Part shown: one piece after another, positions 1 through 11,093 of the stretch | Layout: the number at the start of each line of letters is the position of its first letter | Position numbering within the stretch: position 1 is the stretch's first letter | NCBI GenBank assembly: GCA_010909165.1 | Contig: MU008165.1 | Span: 1,922,001 to 1,986,000 of the forward strand | Length of the DNA stretch: 64,000 bases | DNA from: Anthoceros angustus | Taxonomy: Eukaryota > Plantae > Anthocerotophyta | Direction of reading: 5' to 3' | The notes under the pieces: generated by a model | What the model saw: the letters and a program-made list of their open reading frames with translations, nothing else | What the model was told of the DNA's origin: nothing | Database searches by the model: none | Program-made: the position numbers and the translations under genes

Positions 1-1052
1 GCTTCATGCTCACGATAGAATTGGGTTTTACCCGCTTGGATCCGATAGTCTGTACATATTGTGGGATGGAGATGACTTTCTTATTATATCCGCTTTATGT
101 GACGACAACTTCCTTTTCAAGATTTCTTGGTGTTGATGGCCGAATCAAAAGTGTTCTTTTATCTCGCTTTGACATGACCGACCTTGGGCAACTTTGTTTT
201 CTCTTGGTGTTCAGCCCAGCTTTCTCAAGATAGGCATACAGCTTGAGTTGCATCAAGAGCACGTCACTCGGCTACTTGGTTCAACATGGCCGAGGCACGC
301 CCGTGTCAACACCTATGTCAACAAGTGAGAAGCTATCCAGGAACATTGCCCAACTACACGGAAGAGAAGGACTTGATGGCCACTCGCCCATATAGGCGTG
401 GTATAGTCTTCTATATCTAGCATCTTGGACAAGGTTGGATATATCCGGTGTAAGCAATGTTTCTCAATTTTAGAGAACCCGGAGAGGTGCACGGGGCAGC
501 TTAAGAGAATATTCCGTTATCTTAAGGGAACTCCTCGTTTAGGCTCAAGTATACCAAGTCTTTGGATTGGAGCTAGTTGGTTTTTGCGATGGATTGGGCT
601 GGTGATCCGGATTCAAGAAGGAGCATAGTAGCTTATTGTAACTGTTGGGTGGCTCGGTGGTATCTGGTCTAGCAAGAAGCTTACGACCATTTGTCTATCA
701 TCCACTAAGCTATGGAGCACGCTCAAGCTGCCCGTGAAGTCATTTGGTTACGTTCCTTTCTACGTGGTCTTCAGTTGACCGAGCTACAAGGTTGTGGTGT
801 GACAACCAATCGGCTATAGCACTTACAAAGAACCCGGTTTTTCACGCCCGCTCCAAGCATATCGAGATTACACATCATTTTATTAGACAAGCTTATGACA
901 AAGGAGAGGTAGATGTTCGATATATGCCAACAGGTGAGAATGTTGCTGATGTCCTGACAAAAGCACTTCCAAAATTGCTGCATCTGAAGCATATGGCAGC
1001 AGCAGGGATCAGCCAAATATCACCTTCCCTTGGAAAAGGGACAGCCCACTAG
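1..1052 (+). mobile_element. Decayed Ty1/copia pol fragment (RT to RNase H), frameshifted
   Basis: Copia RT motifs SRFDMTDLG and KRIFRYLKGT. RNase H motif WCDNQSAIALTKNPVFHARSKHIE...ADVLTKAL in ORF 744-1052. The frames are broken by many small deletions. Confidence 0.9.
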
Positions 1053-1411
1053 TCTACTCCTCCTTGCAGCATGCTCCTAGATTTATGAAATAGCCCTTCT
1101 CCGATTTTGCCTTGGTGTGCCGGGTCGGTCATCCAAGAGACCCATGCAATGTAAGTGGCAAGGTGAGTTGAGCATGCTGGGGAGGTAGGTTAGCAGGAAG
1201 GCAGGGTGGATGAAGCTCACACGTACTTGTAAGCGCCTGACCTTCTGCATCTGGGTCGTCATACTTTCTTTTCTTCTGCTTTCCCTCTTCAGAGGGAGTC
1301 TTATCACTGCCAGTGACCTTATTAGCCCGCATCAGTATCAGCTGGTCTTCTTTGTTGAGTGCCTTCTGTGCCTCCGATGTGATTCTGTATGCATAATAGT
1401 ACTCAAGCTCT

Positions 1412-1528
1412 TCTTCCTCTTTTGGCATTGCTTTTCAAAGATAGCATCCTGGTATTGCTCCTTGGTCGTCTTCCTCTTTTGGCATTGCTTTTCAAAGATA
1501 GCATCCCGGTATTGCTCCTTGGTCTTCC
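1412..1528. repeat. 57-bp tandem duplication (2 copies) inside a decayed minus-strand ORF
   Basis: TCTTCCTCTTTTGGCATTGCTTTTCAAAGATAGCATCC starts at 1412 and again at 1469. Confidence 0.85.
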
Positions 1529-4500
1529 TTCAAGGACACTACACTTGGAGTGTCATAAGGTCGAGCCTTGTCACCAGCAGTTCCGTGTCTCGACATACCT
1601 TGTTGTAATCCTTCGGTCACTGCTGTGCTTTTGGGCGTTGATGTCCAGGAGGATGTTCGCATAGAGTCATGTAGAGTCCACGCCGAGGTGAGAACTTTGA
1701 GGTGTATCCACTCCCTTCCACTGTGAATGCACTCAACGCCATTGGGAACCTTCGCCATAGGATCCTCGTGGTTAGCGGTTACAACCCAATGACCATATAC
1801 CTACTGCATATTGTGAACCAACCTGTGAGGAGCGATTAGATTGCAAATCTCAAAGCTGGAGATTTGGAGCACCATGGTATTTGTATCTGGATTTAGAGCG
1901 CAACAGGCTGGCTGGTGGACAGAGGAGCTAGGAGCGTAAGTGGTGAGTGGCGTAACAACTTGCTGGTCACGAGGAGCGGGCGGTCAAGTCCACAACTGGC
2001 AAATCATTTTGATTCCTTTTTCAGTTTTGTACTGAAACCCAAATCAGGGTTCTAAGTTTAAGACAATATTTTATTGCTTAAATACTTTCTCTTGGGCTGT
2101 TCATTGCAACCAAGAGGGAGTAATGAAATAGTTAAGTCACCTAAAGTTAGGTTGACTCTATGCTAGTGGTTTTATGAAGTTATAACCACTTACATAACTT
2201 TTGTATATATGCTTGATTTTCCCATGAACTTAATAACTGCTTTTCATTTTCGCGCTCATGTGCACACCTTGCCTTGAATGATCCACACTCGCTTTACCCC
2301 CCACTCACCATCTGAAATGATTAAAATCTGGACTTCCCGTCAGCAGATTTTGACCCATCTTCAAAACCTCAAAAACTTTGACAACCTAGATAGTGGCTCC
2401 TCCTCATGTAGTAGTGATGACTCTCCGAGCTCTCTGGCAAGCCTCTTGGCCCACCGGTGCCTTACTAACTTGTGGACCAAAAAGCTTGATACCCCCTCCC
2501 TACCTCCTTTTAGGAACCCTATCTTTACTCATTTTTAGAGTGGGAGAAGGTCTCTGTCCTCGATTTCTATACCTTTGTAGATCACCTGGTTCCAATGCAA
2601 GATTTAGGGAACGCAAGGAGGAACTCATGAACGCTACCAGAGATTTTGTGGAGGCTGGTTCTGCTGGATGCCTCGACCGTACCACTTCCATCCGGCAACA
2701 ACAACAGTTAGTTATGCTCTTGTCTCGCAGGCTGCAAGAAAGCATCAAGATAGAACTTCTGCATTTGTTCATGGACAACGTGTTCAATGTTCAATGGCAA
2801 GCAGGACCTCCGGGGGTTTTGGGTCTGGCATGCCATATGACACTAATATGAGCGCTTGGGTTTAGTATTTTATTAGTGTTAATTAATTCAATTATTTATC
2901 TTTAAGTAATTAATTAATATTAATTAAATTAAAGTAGTTATGTTAATTAATCGCTGAATAATATTGATTAAACTTGGTTAGCAATAGCTAAGTGGATAAG
3001 TACAAGTTATGTGCTTTAGGATATTCTTTGCATATTATAGTGTATTCTTAGGATATTTTGGGCATATGCTGATGCTAATAGGATATCTTAAGAATATGCC
3101 GATGCCAAGGGTTAGTATATGTAGACCCTTTCACAAAGGTTAAGCTCAGAAGTTTGTCCTCTTCTAGATATGCAATACCAGAGTGTTGTGAGGAGGCCCA
3201 AGCTATGCCTCCGAGAGTGATATGTGAGGAATTTACGTGTTGTTCTCGTGGGGAGAGTGTGTTTGTGCTACGATTAGTTTGCACCCATATTTGTATATTA
3301 GATTTGTTTTGCTTGGTTGTCTGTTGAGGAAGTGCTCATATGAATGCAAGTGCTTACCTCGTGTGACAGAATAAGCCCTAGGATAAGACCCAAAACCCGG
3401 ATTAGCCCAATGAAACTCAAGGAGTAGATTCCTCAGAGCGAGTTGGTCAACGTTGAAGTTGCTTAATTAATCCGAACCATCAAGGAGGCTAAAGAGTTCA
3501 CGCGCTCTCCCTTAGTATATGCTCTAGAAGATCTTCTCTTTGTCCAAGTGGCAGGCAAAGACAAGAAGAATTTTGTTCCTCTCAAAGGTATTCTTTCGAA
3601 CAATCTCCAGTGCCGGGTGGTTCAGTGGCTACACTCTCGGGTGTGTCGCCTCACCATGGCCACACTTCACCACACAATGAATGACCCTAATGGGATAGAG
3701 CCCTCTCAACGAGGTCGATTAGTTCTTTAAATAGTTCCTCTTTCCGTTGTATAGAGTTGACCTAAGCTCTCCTTCCCATTCTGGAAACCTTTGTAAATCG
3801 TTAATATAATGCTCTAGTTTATCACGAAAAGAAAATCCTGTGCACGACGCCATGGCCTTGGTGTTCAATAAATGCTAAAGGAAGCTTGGGGAGCATAAAT
3901 TTTTCTAAACCACATGAAACGATAAAGGACAGCGTCTTGGTAATTGTGAAGAAGAGCCCACAGTAAAATTTTTTTTCTAGAATTACTTATCATAAAAGAA
4001 TAATTTATTACAGAAAATAGATCAAAACTTGCTTAGGTGCTCTGGGGTTTACATTTATCTTCAATGGTGTCAAATTTTAATCACCAATGGGCCCGTGCCT
4101 GTATGAAGAGGAAAAGGAGTAGCCACAACATCTTTGAAACTTGGTCTAAACAAAAGCACATTAACGGCTCGGATAATTATCAATTGAAAAAATGATCAAT
4201 TGCTCTCTATGTAGGCTGAAATTAAAAGCCATTTAATTTTGCAGCCTACAAAGGCTGCAAACAATGAAAGGAGGAGAAGAAAGGTGTTTGATGTATGGAT
4301 GCTATTCATGGATTGAATCAGAAATGCATTCAGCAAAATAGATGTTTTGACTGAGGCTAGTCATGTTATCATCCTTACTAAGAAAAAAAATTTGGTGAAG
4401 CATTTTTCAACGCTTATAGTAGTATGTGGACTACAAAAAGCATTTTAAAAGCCTGTGACAATTGGTTTTGTTTGCGTACTTCCATTTGCGTACCTTTCCC

Positions 4501-5822
4501 AATGAAGAAGGCTCTAATCTCTCTTTGATCTCACATTGAGTTTCGCAATTTCTTGAATATGCTTGGCAAAACTACAACAAAAATAATGCATTAGGGCGTG
4601 AATTGGAAGGCACAAATCTGGTGATGTTATGACGATCCCGGATGGTGGAGGAGCTGCCTAAAAACCTTGTGCACATAGACATCTTAAACCATGCCAGATC
4701 CTCTAGTCACGTGGAAATGTTGTTAAGTAGGGCTAGGATTACGCCACAGGGTTGCTACTGTGCAAGATGACCATCTCTCCCGCCTCCTACATGTACCTTT
4801 TGGATAGTAGCACGTTGCCGCCCTCTGACGCCGCTGGGCATGTTTATGGATGCCATGGCGTGCTGGTTCAAGTTGGTGCTAGTGAAAGAGAAGCGATGGT
4901 GTCACATGGATAAACCCAATCATCTCAATTCATGTCAATTCCGCAATCAGGAGTTGGAGTGTGACTACCCACACCTGGCAAGTAAGTGCAATACCAAGAC
5001 CTTCAACTTCACCGGTCAAAGGGAATATACATGACACCTGCGGACACTAGCAAAGCTATCTAGCAGTGTGTGTGTCATAAGCACAACACAGTCTGACTTA
5101 TGTACTCTAATTGTGAGGCTATTCACCTAACCTCTTAGGCTCTTGCCTTCTATCTACTTGACCCTTGGCCTTCTGTCTTATAACTATCTAGTCAGCTGGA
5201 GTAGCATATGATTGAATCTCTAACCCTCCCCTTTCAAGGGAAGGCTGCTTCACAAATCAAGCTTCAAACAAATTTGCGCCTCCTGTGCCTTACAATTACG
5301 ATACTATATAATTATGGACCATCAAATATCTAGGATAATAACACCCCTTTCTTCCGAGGCAAGCAAGCACACGGTTAAGAGCAACAACACCCACATCAGA
5401 CTCCAACACTAGGCCTCCAGTATCCTGCTGTCCTTCCAGAGACGACTCGCAGACAAACACCTCTGCTGCTGCTCTTTACTGTAGCAAGAGTTCAACATGA
5501 GTACATAAGAAATAAGAGACAAGCTCCCCATCTTTGCCTCAGCTAGGTACTTAGCTATGTCACCTCGATCTCCTCCTCAAAGCTCTCCTTTGGACTCACA
5601 CTCATACTGTGAGAGCCTCCTCAAAGCTCTCCTTTGGTCTCACGTTCACACTCTAGGCACCCACAGCCTAAGTCAAGGCACCCCATCCTATTCAACAAAG
5701 AGTGTAGCACAAGTGCTAAAGAAAAGCTGTACAGCTAGCCTCACCCTTGAATAAGGAGGCTTACTTCATCCCCAAGTACCCACCTAAAACAGACTAGCTT
5801 TCTTAAGGCTTAAACAAAGCCT

Positions 5823-6016
5823 CACTATCACTAACCTCATTTCTTACTAACTTAGATGTATCACTAACCTCATCCCTTACTAACTTAGATCTAGGGCTGG
5901 CATGTATCTCACCAGCATGCATGGCTCTATCCTACTACATCACACAAGTACAAACCATAAGATAACTATGTGCATATTACAGACCACAAGATAACTATGA
6001 ACATATGCAGACCATA
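5823..6016. repeat. Two short imperfect tandem arrays (~33 bp x2 and ~29 bp x3)
   Basis: TATCACTAACCTCAT...TTACTAACTTAGAT occurs twice at 5826-5890. ACCA(T/C)AAGATAACTATG-like units recur at 5952-6016. Confidence 0.65.
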
Positions 6017-6246
6017 ATTAAGGTCAACACCACAGTACAACATGTAAGCCACCTGGCCCAGAGCGATTCAAGCAAGCACCCCCATCCCCAAGACCCCACA
6101 AGGGGCCAAGATGCTCCATAATTTCAGGTCAATGGGAAGCTGAATTAAAATATTGATCCTAAACTATACAATGACGTATCCCATTAAGTAAAGAGTTCCG
6201 TGGCCTACCGTTAAATTAAAAAACAGATAAATTAATGATTCTGGTT

Positions 6247-8902
6247 CTATAATATGATCTCTTTCTGCACACTCTGGTTCAAAAGCTTGTGGGGCAACAC
6301 AATGCTGTTGACTACTACCACCTCATCTTCAACGGTGACGTCCTCGCCTAAAGAGGTGAAAAATTTCAGCAGTGACGGTAGCAAGTCAAAAGCTATGGAG
6401 CATTCAAGATAAGCAACTCACCCAAAATTGTGATCCCGAGCTTGCTCGTGTAATCGCCTTCCCCCTGCAGGAGTCAATGATAACGTGATGGATCGGGCAA
6501 ATACACAAAAGGAAAAGTCTCGAGGGCTAACAAGATGCAAGCGTGGAGAAGGGCCCGAACTTGCCTGCACTCGCGACCAGCGCCCAATAGAAGACTTCCA
6601 ACCAACGATGGCATGCATCACAATGGCATGCTCCTGTAATCCACAGATTGTTAGGGTAGAACTCAAAAATTGCCAACATGACATAGTGAGCACACTACCG
6701 TGGGTGGAATCTTATGGTACCCACCTTAACCTCGACTTCGTCCAAAACGATGCAGCTCACTAATCTTACTCCTGGACCGATTCGCACATTTGCAGAGATG
6801 GACACATTCGGTCCAATCTGATGAAAACAGTATTGTTAGATTGAGTGGAGAGATATCACGAGAAGCTGCCTACGGGAGCCCACTGGAAGAGACCGAACCT
6901 AAGGGACAGACTTACTTTTGAAGTCGGATGAACTTTTGCGGATGGATGAACATATACGTCTCCAACTATTGTTGCACCATCATTTTTGGCCAAGAGCTCA
7001 GGTGTGTCACGTCGATATTGGGCCAAGTAAAGGGAAGAACACTTCAAGGACATGCTGATACGAAGAAAGCAATTGCCTCAGAGTTAGAGGGAAGCAAACA
7101 GAAGTTAAACCTCAATCACAATCATGTGGGAGGTGAAGTTTACCCCGGGGTCTTGATCTGCTCCCAAAAATCCGGTGTTTGGAAAGTGAAGAGTTTTCCT
7201 TTGCCAGCTAGTGGCGTCAAGATGTCCTGGTCAAGCCTTATAAATCCTGTGGGAATCGTCCTGCATTGGGAACATTCAGCAGATCCCTAGTCATGTTGGC
7301 GAAAAGCCTTGATCCATTTGCGAATCATTTTCCGCACTTACTTCGTGGCAGATTGGAGAGCCTCAAAACTAGACACACGTTGCAGAGTTGCTGCATGGAC
7401 AGAGGAAGAGAATGATCAGAAATCCTGCAGCTTCAAATGCAATTCGACATCAGGTGTGCACTAACCTCTGGTCTTGCGAGAGCTCTCCACCTCACTTATA
7501 GCCATGAAGATGTCAGGGGTAAATATGTATACCCCACAATTAATGTAGTCACTCACCTACAATAGTACCAACAAGTTGTCGTCACGGTTTTGTAGCTAAA
7601 TGGACAACAACAGGAAAGGGACCTCCCGAACCTGAGCCTTACATGAGTCTCTGGTTTCTCTGTGTAGTGAAGGAGCTCCCCAGTCTCAGGATCGGCAACT
7701 AGCTCCCCAAAATCTTTTGCTATATCCGCTGACACCTGCAAAGGATTGATTTAGTCGACAGGGAAGAGTACAGGGTAAATACGACTATCATCAAGTGCAA
7801 AACATGCCACAAGCAGGCACTCATCTCAACCTTGAGCTAAGAAAAACACGCTACTAACCTTCTTTATCAATAAAGTGCCCATGCCCCCATGTTTCTTGTG
7901 TGCCACTGTTGAAAAAGCCGTGCTGATTAGACGTGCTACAACGTCACATCACATATCTACGCCAATGTTTAAAAATGACCTATCTGGGCTAACCCACAAA
8001 GACATACCAAGCAAGTCTGCCAGGGGAAAACTGCAGCAGACGTCACAATTCAGAACAATGATGTGCTCCTGCACAGCATAACCGAGTCTTCAGGCAAGCT
8101 GCAATAAACTGCTTCCACCACAAACTTGAGTAGGCTCATTACAGAAGGTAACGACGGTACACCCTCGCAAGAATGAAAGCTTACGGGATCGTCTTCCAAG
8201 ATGAGGTCTTTGAATTTGTACAGACCACCTGCTGAGCCATCTGGTTTATCCTCACGCAAATACCTGAAGCCAAACGCATAACTCTTAGAGCACATTAAGC
8301 GTGCAAACAAAGCAAAATATATGCAGAGTTTCCCACTGTGTTCAATCACCTTACTGGTAGCCGCAGCTCATTGGAAAGAGCTGAGACATACTGTGCAAAC
8401 TCCTTCTCCTCGTAGAACCCTAAGAGGAAAACGTGTACCAAGTTGGGGATCTGAAAGGAGGAGAACACAGTAAGCGCTCTGCCAGTTCAACACTCTCCCC
8501 AACGAACATTGAGATTGTTACTGAGAAAAACATACGTTTTTGCACGCAAGCACGGGGTGGTGCACCATCGGTCGACCAGCAAGCGGAAAAAGCGGTTTGG
8601 CGAGGTTGAGAGAAAGGGGTCGAAACCGTGTGCCTGCACAAAGCAGAAAGACGGATCCTGCCTCTGAAAAAATCTAGCTGGAGAACAGCACGGCAAGGGA
8701 CATTGGCAAATTTCCGCCACAGGTTTGCCCCCCAGTATTTGACCACAGATGTGCATTAGAAGATGAAATCAAAGCCCAAGCTCAATGCTGAAATCAACCA
8801 ATTGTCAACAGAAGCCTGCTGCAATACCAATCCTCTCATCGCACCTTTAGTAGGTCCCCCGATCATGATGACAGCAACCGCCTTTCCACTACTGTGCACC
8901 AT
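6247..8902 (-). CDS. GMPPA: Mannose-1-phosphate guanylyltransferase alpha-type subunit (GMPPA / KONJAC-like), multi-exon
   Basis: Spliced translation: [112 protein letters not shown], and [19 protein letters not shown]-stop (TAG at 6247-6249). Confidence 0.93.
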
Positions 8903-9592
8903 TGTTTCATAAGAGGTTGCCTCCAAACAAGAATATTTCTCTAGATCTGAAGCTCCAAAACCCAGAATCGAAAGCCCGTCACAGGATTGAGTCCTCCGAT
9001 CACCCAAAAATCGACACCCGAGCTCCTGCAACCTCACACGCCGACGCCACCGAGCTGATGCACAGGATGGATCTCTACTCGCAGCTGGAGGACATTCTCC
9101 TGCAGATCTCCATAGTGGAGGAAACCGAAGTCTTAAACAAGTGTCGACAAGCCACAGATCTGTTCAGCCCTGCTCCCCCACGCCAGGTGCTGTCGTCACG
9201 CCCGGAAGTCCGGATCCCACCTGGGCGTTAAATTTTTAAACCCTGGGCATATCAATCGTGCTTACAACTCTTTGCTCGATTCCAGGAAGTCTGCCCGAAG
9301 ATGGACGGCGTGCCGGGTGCTGATCCGATCCTCCGTCCGGCTTGAGTGCCGTTCCAACCCGAGTTGGGCACAGACTCATCCCTGGTTTGAACTCGGAGTC
9401 AGAAACTTGTCCTTGCTCGCCTGCTCTCCTTGGAGCCTTGCAGAGCCTGGGACAAGGAACAGCAATCATGGGCAACGTTCGGATCGTGGGCCTTGTTTGC
9501 TTCCTTGCACTCTCTCAAGTGTCTGCGTGCTGTCGGCAACATCCATGGCTCGGCATCCGGTTGGGAGCAAAGTTGATGAAGGAAGGATTAGG

Positions 9593-10867
9593 TCACTGGA
9601 GAAGTTGAGCTACAGTCCTTGCCATGGCCAAGGACGAGGTCAGGCCCGGAGACTCGATGCCAAAAAGTTGAACCAACCCAGGAATTTTGTGCACATCGGA
9701 AGCCTGCACCACGAAATCCGAAGCTCCCTGCCCGGGCCCGGAGAGCTTGGGCCGGATGCCGGCGTAGTCAGGAACCAAGCAATTGTTGGGCAGAGCTGGG
9801 TAGTATTTCCTGATCTCACCGTAGAATCTTTCCGCTCTGGAGGAATCAACAGAGTAATCAAACTGCTCGATGTTGCCAGCATCGTCGGGAGGGGTGGGAA
9901 GCCACTCCACATCAGGTCCAAACCTTGTCTGCCCAGCCATGTCCATGGTGACATGCACTCCGATCCCGCCTTCTTCAGGGACCGGGTAGATGAGCCGAGA
10001 GAAGGGAGGTCTTCCCGCTCCTGACAGGCTGAAGTAGCATCCTCGAGCGTAATGGCGGCCCGGGATGGAATCAGGAGGGACTCCCTGCATGGCCTTGGCC
10101 AGGGATTGTGCATGCAAGCCTGCAGAATTGATGACAGTCCTGGCAGACAGCGTGAAGTGCGGGCAGGATGATGGGGAGGAGAGCTTGAGCGCTAGGGTAT
10201 CGCACACCCGCAGCAGGATCCCCTCCGAACTGGCCTTGCCTCCCACAACAGCACAATTCAGAGCGATGGAAGCTCCTAGGCGTTCAGCATCTCCCTGGAG
10301 GGCCAGCATCAGGGCGTGGCTGTCAACAATCCCGGTGTTGGGTGACCACAGGGCCTGGATGCAACGGAGCTCAGGTTCCATGTTCGTGGCAGCCGAGGGA
10401 CCCACCATCTCCAGGCCCGCCGCCCCGTTCTGCTGCCCCGTCCTGAGCAGTCTCTCCAGGACCTGGACTTGCTCCTGGGATGTTGCAACAATCAGCTTGC
10501 CGAGGCGCTTGTGCGGAACTCCATGCTCTTGGCAGTAGGCGTACATGGCCTGGCTTCCTTCCACACACAGTCTGGCCTTGAGGGAGCCTGGAGGGTAGTA
10601 TATCCCGGCATGGATGACCTCACTGCTGCGGGAGCTGGTGCCGGTGCCGATGCTCGGGGCTGCTTCCAGCACTAGGACGTCCCTGCCTCGCATGGCCATG
10701 AGGCGGCCCACAGCCAAGCCCACAACTCCAGCTCCCACCACTACACAGTCTGCTTTCTCCGTGCCTCCACTACTACAGAAGCTCGCGGCTGTTCCATGCC
10801 TGCTTCTCAATTCAGTCCTCCTCATCAGCTGCCATGCAGCAGCCGGCAGGGAAGTTTTGCTGCCCAT
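9593..10867 (-). CDS. L2HGDH: L-2-hydroxyglutarate dehydrogenase, mitochondrial-type, intronless
   Basis: FAD-binding motif VVGAGVVGLAVG, TSSRSSEVIHAGIYY, LIYPVPEEGGIGVHVT, FGPDVEW, YAGIRPK, LFGIESPGLTSSLA. First in-frame ATG at 10867 gives an Arg/Ser-rich presequence-like N-terminus. Confidence 0.93.
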   Translation of the reverse strand: MGSKTSLPAAAWQLMRRTELRSRHGTAASFCSSGGTEKADCVVVGAGVVGLAVGRLMAMRGRDVLVLEAAPSIGTGTSSRSSEVIHAGIYYPPGSLKARLCVEGSQAMYAYCQEHGVPHKRLGKLIVATSQEQVQVLERLLRTGQQNGAAGLEMVGPSAATNMEPELRCIQALWSPNTGIVDSHALMLALQGDAERLGASIALNCAVVGGKASSEGILLRVCDTLALKLSSPSSCPHFTLSARTVINSAGLHAQSLAKAMQGVPPDSIPGRHYARGCYFSLSGAGRPPFSRLIYPVPEEGGIGVHVTMDMAGQTRFGPDVEWLPTPPDDAGNIEQFDYSVDSSRAERFYGEIRKYYPALPNNCLVPDYAGIRPKLSGPGQGASDFVVQASDVHKIPGLVQLFGIESPGLTSSLAMARTVAQLLQ

Positions 10868-11093
10868 GATCAATTGGACTGTAAATGTGCCTGCCCTTGC
10901 TCTTGTAAGAGCCTCGTGAGCCTGCAGATTTGCAGTCGCAGATTCTTTTAGGACCTGGCGGAAAAAGTAATGTGGAATGCATGGTCTTGGGAAGGTGCTG
11001 TGATGCTGTTTATATGCAGGACGGAGGAACAGTGCCCTTTTTTTGCGCTTCACTGCATTGCGAGGATGCGAGTTTCTTGTCTACCTCACGATG

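Larger units (their letters stand above)
1100..6100. mobile_element. TE-derived island: unclassified decayed retroelement/LTR-like sequence
   Basis: No spliceable gene model. AT-rich low-complexity blocks (2870-2960), short tandem repeats, and a possible integrase C-terminal remnant (VHID/HLKPC-like at about 4670-4705) followed by a purine tract near 4725-4738. The family cannot be assigned. Confidence 0.4.

Noticed and set aside
9058-9608. Plus-strand small ORFs (9058-9231, and a signal-peptide-like MGNVRIVGLVCFLAL near 9468)
   Set aside because: They are short, lie between or antisense to two minus-strand genes, and show no recognisable motif. Chance ORFs are expected at this GC content.
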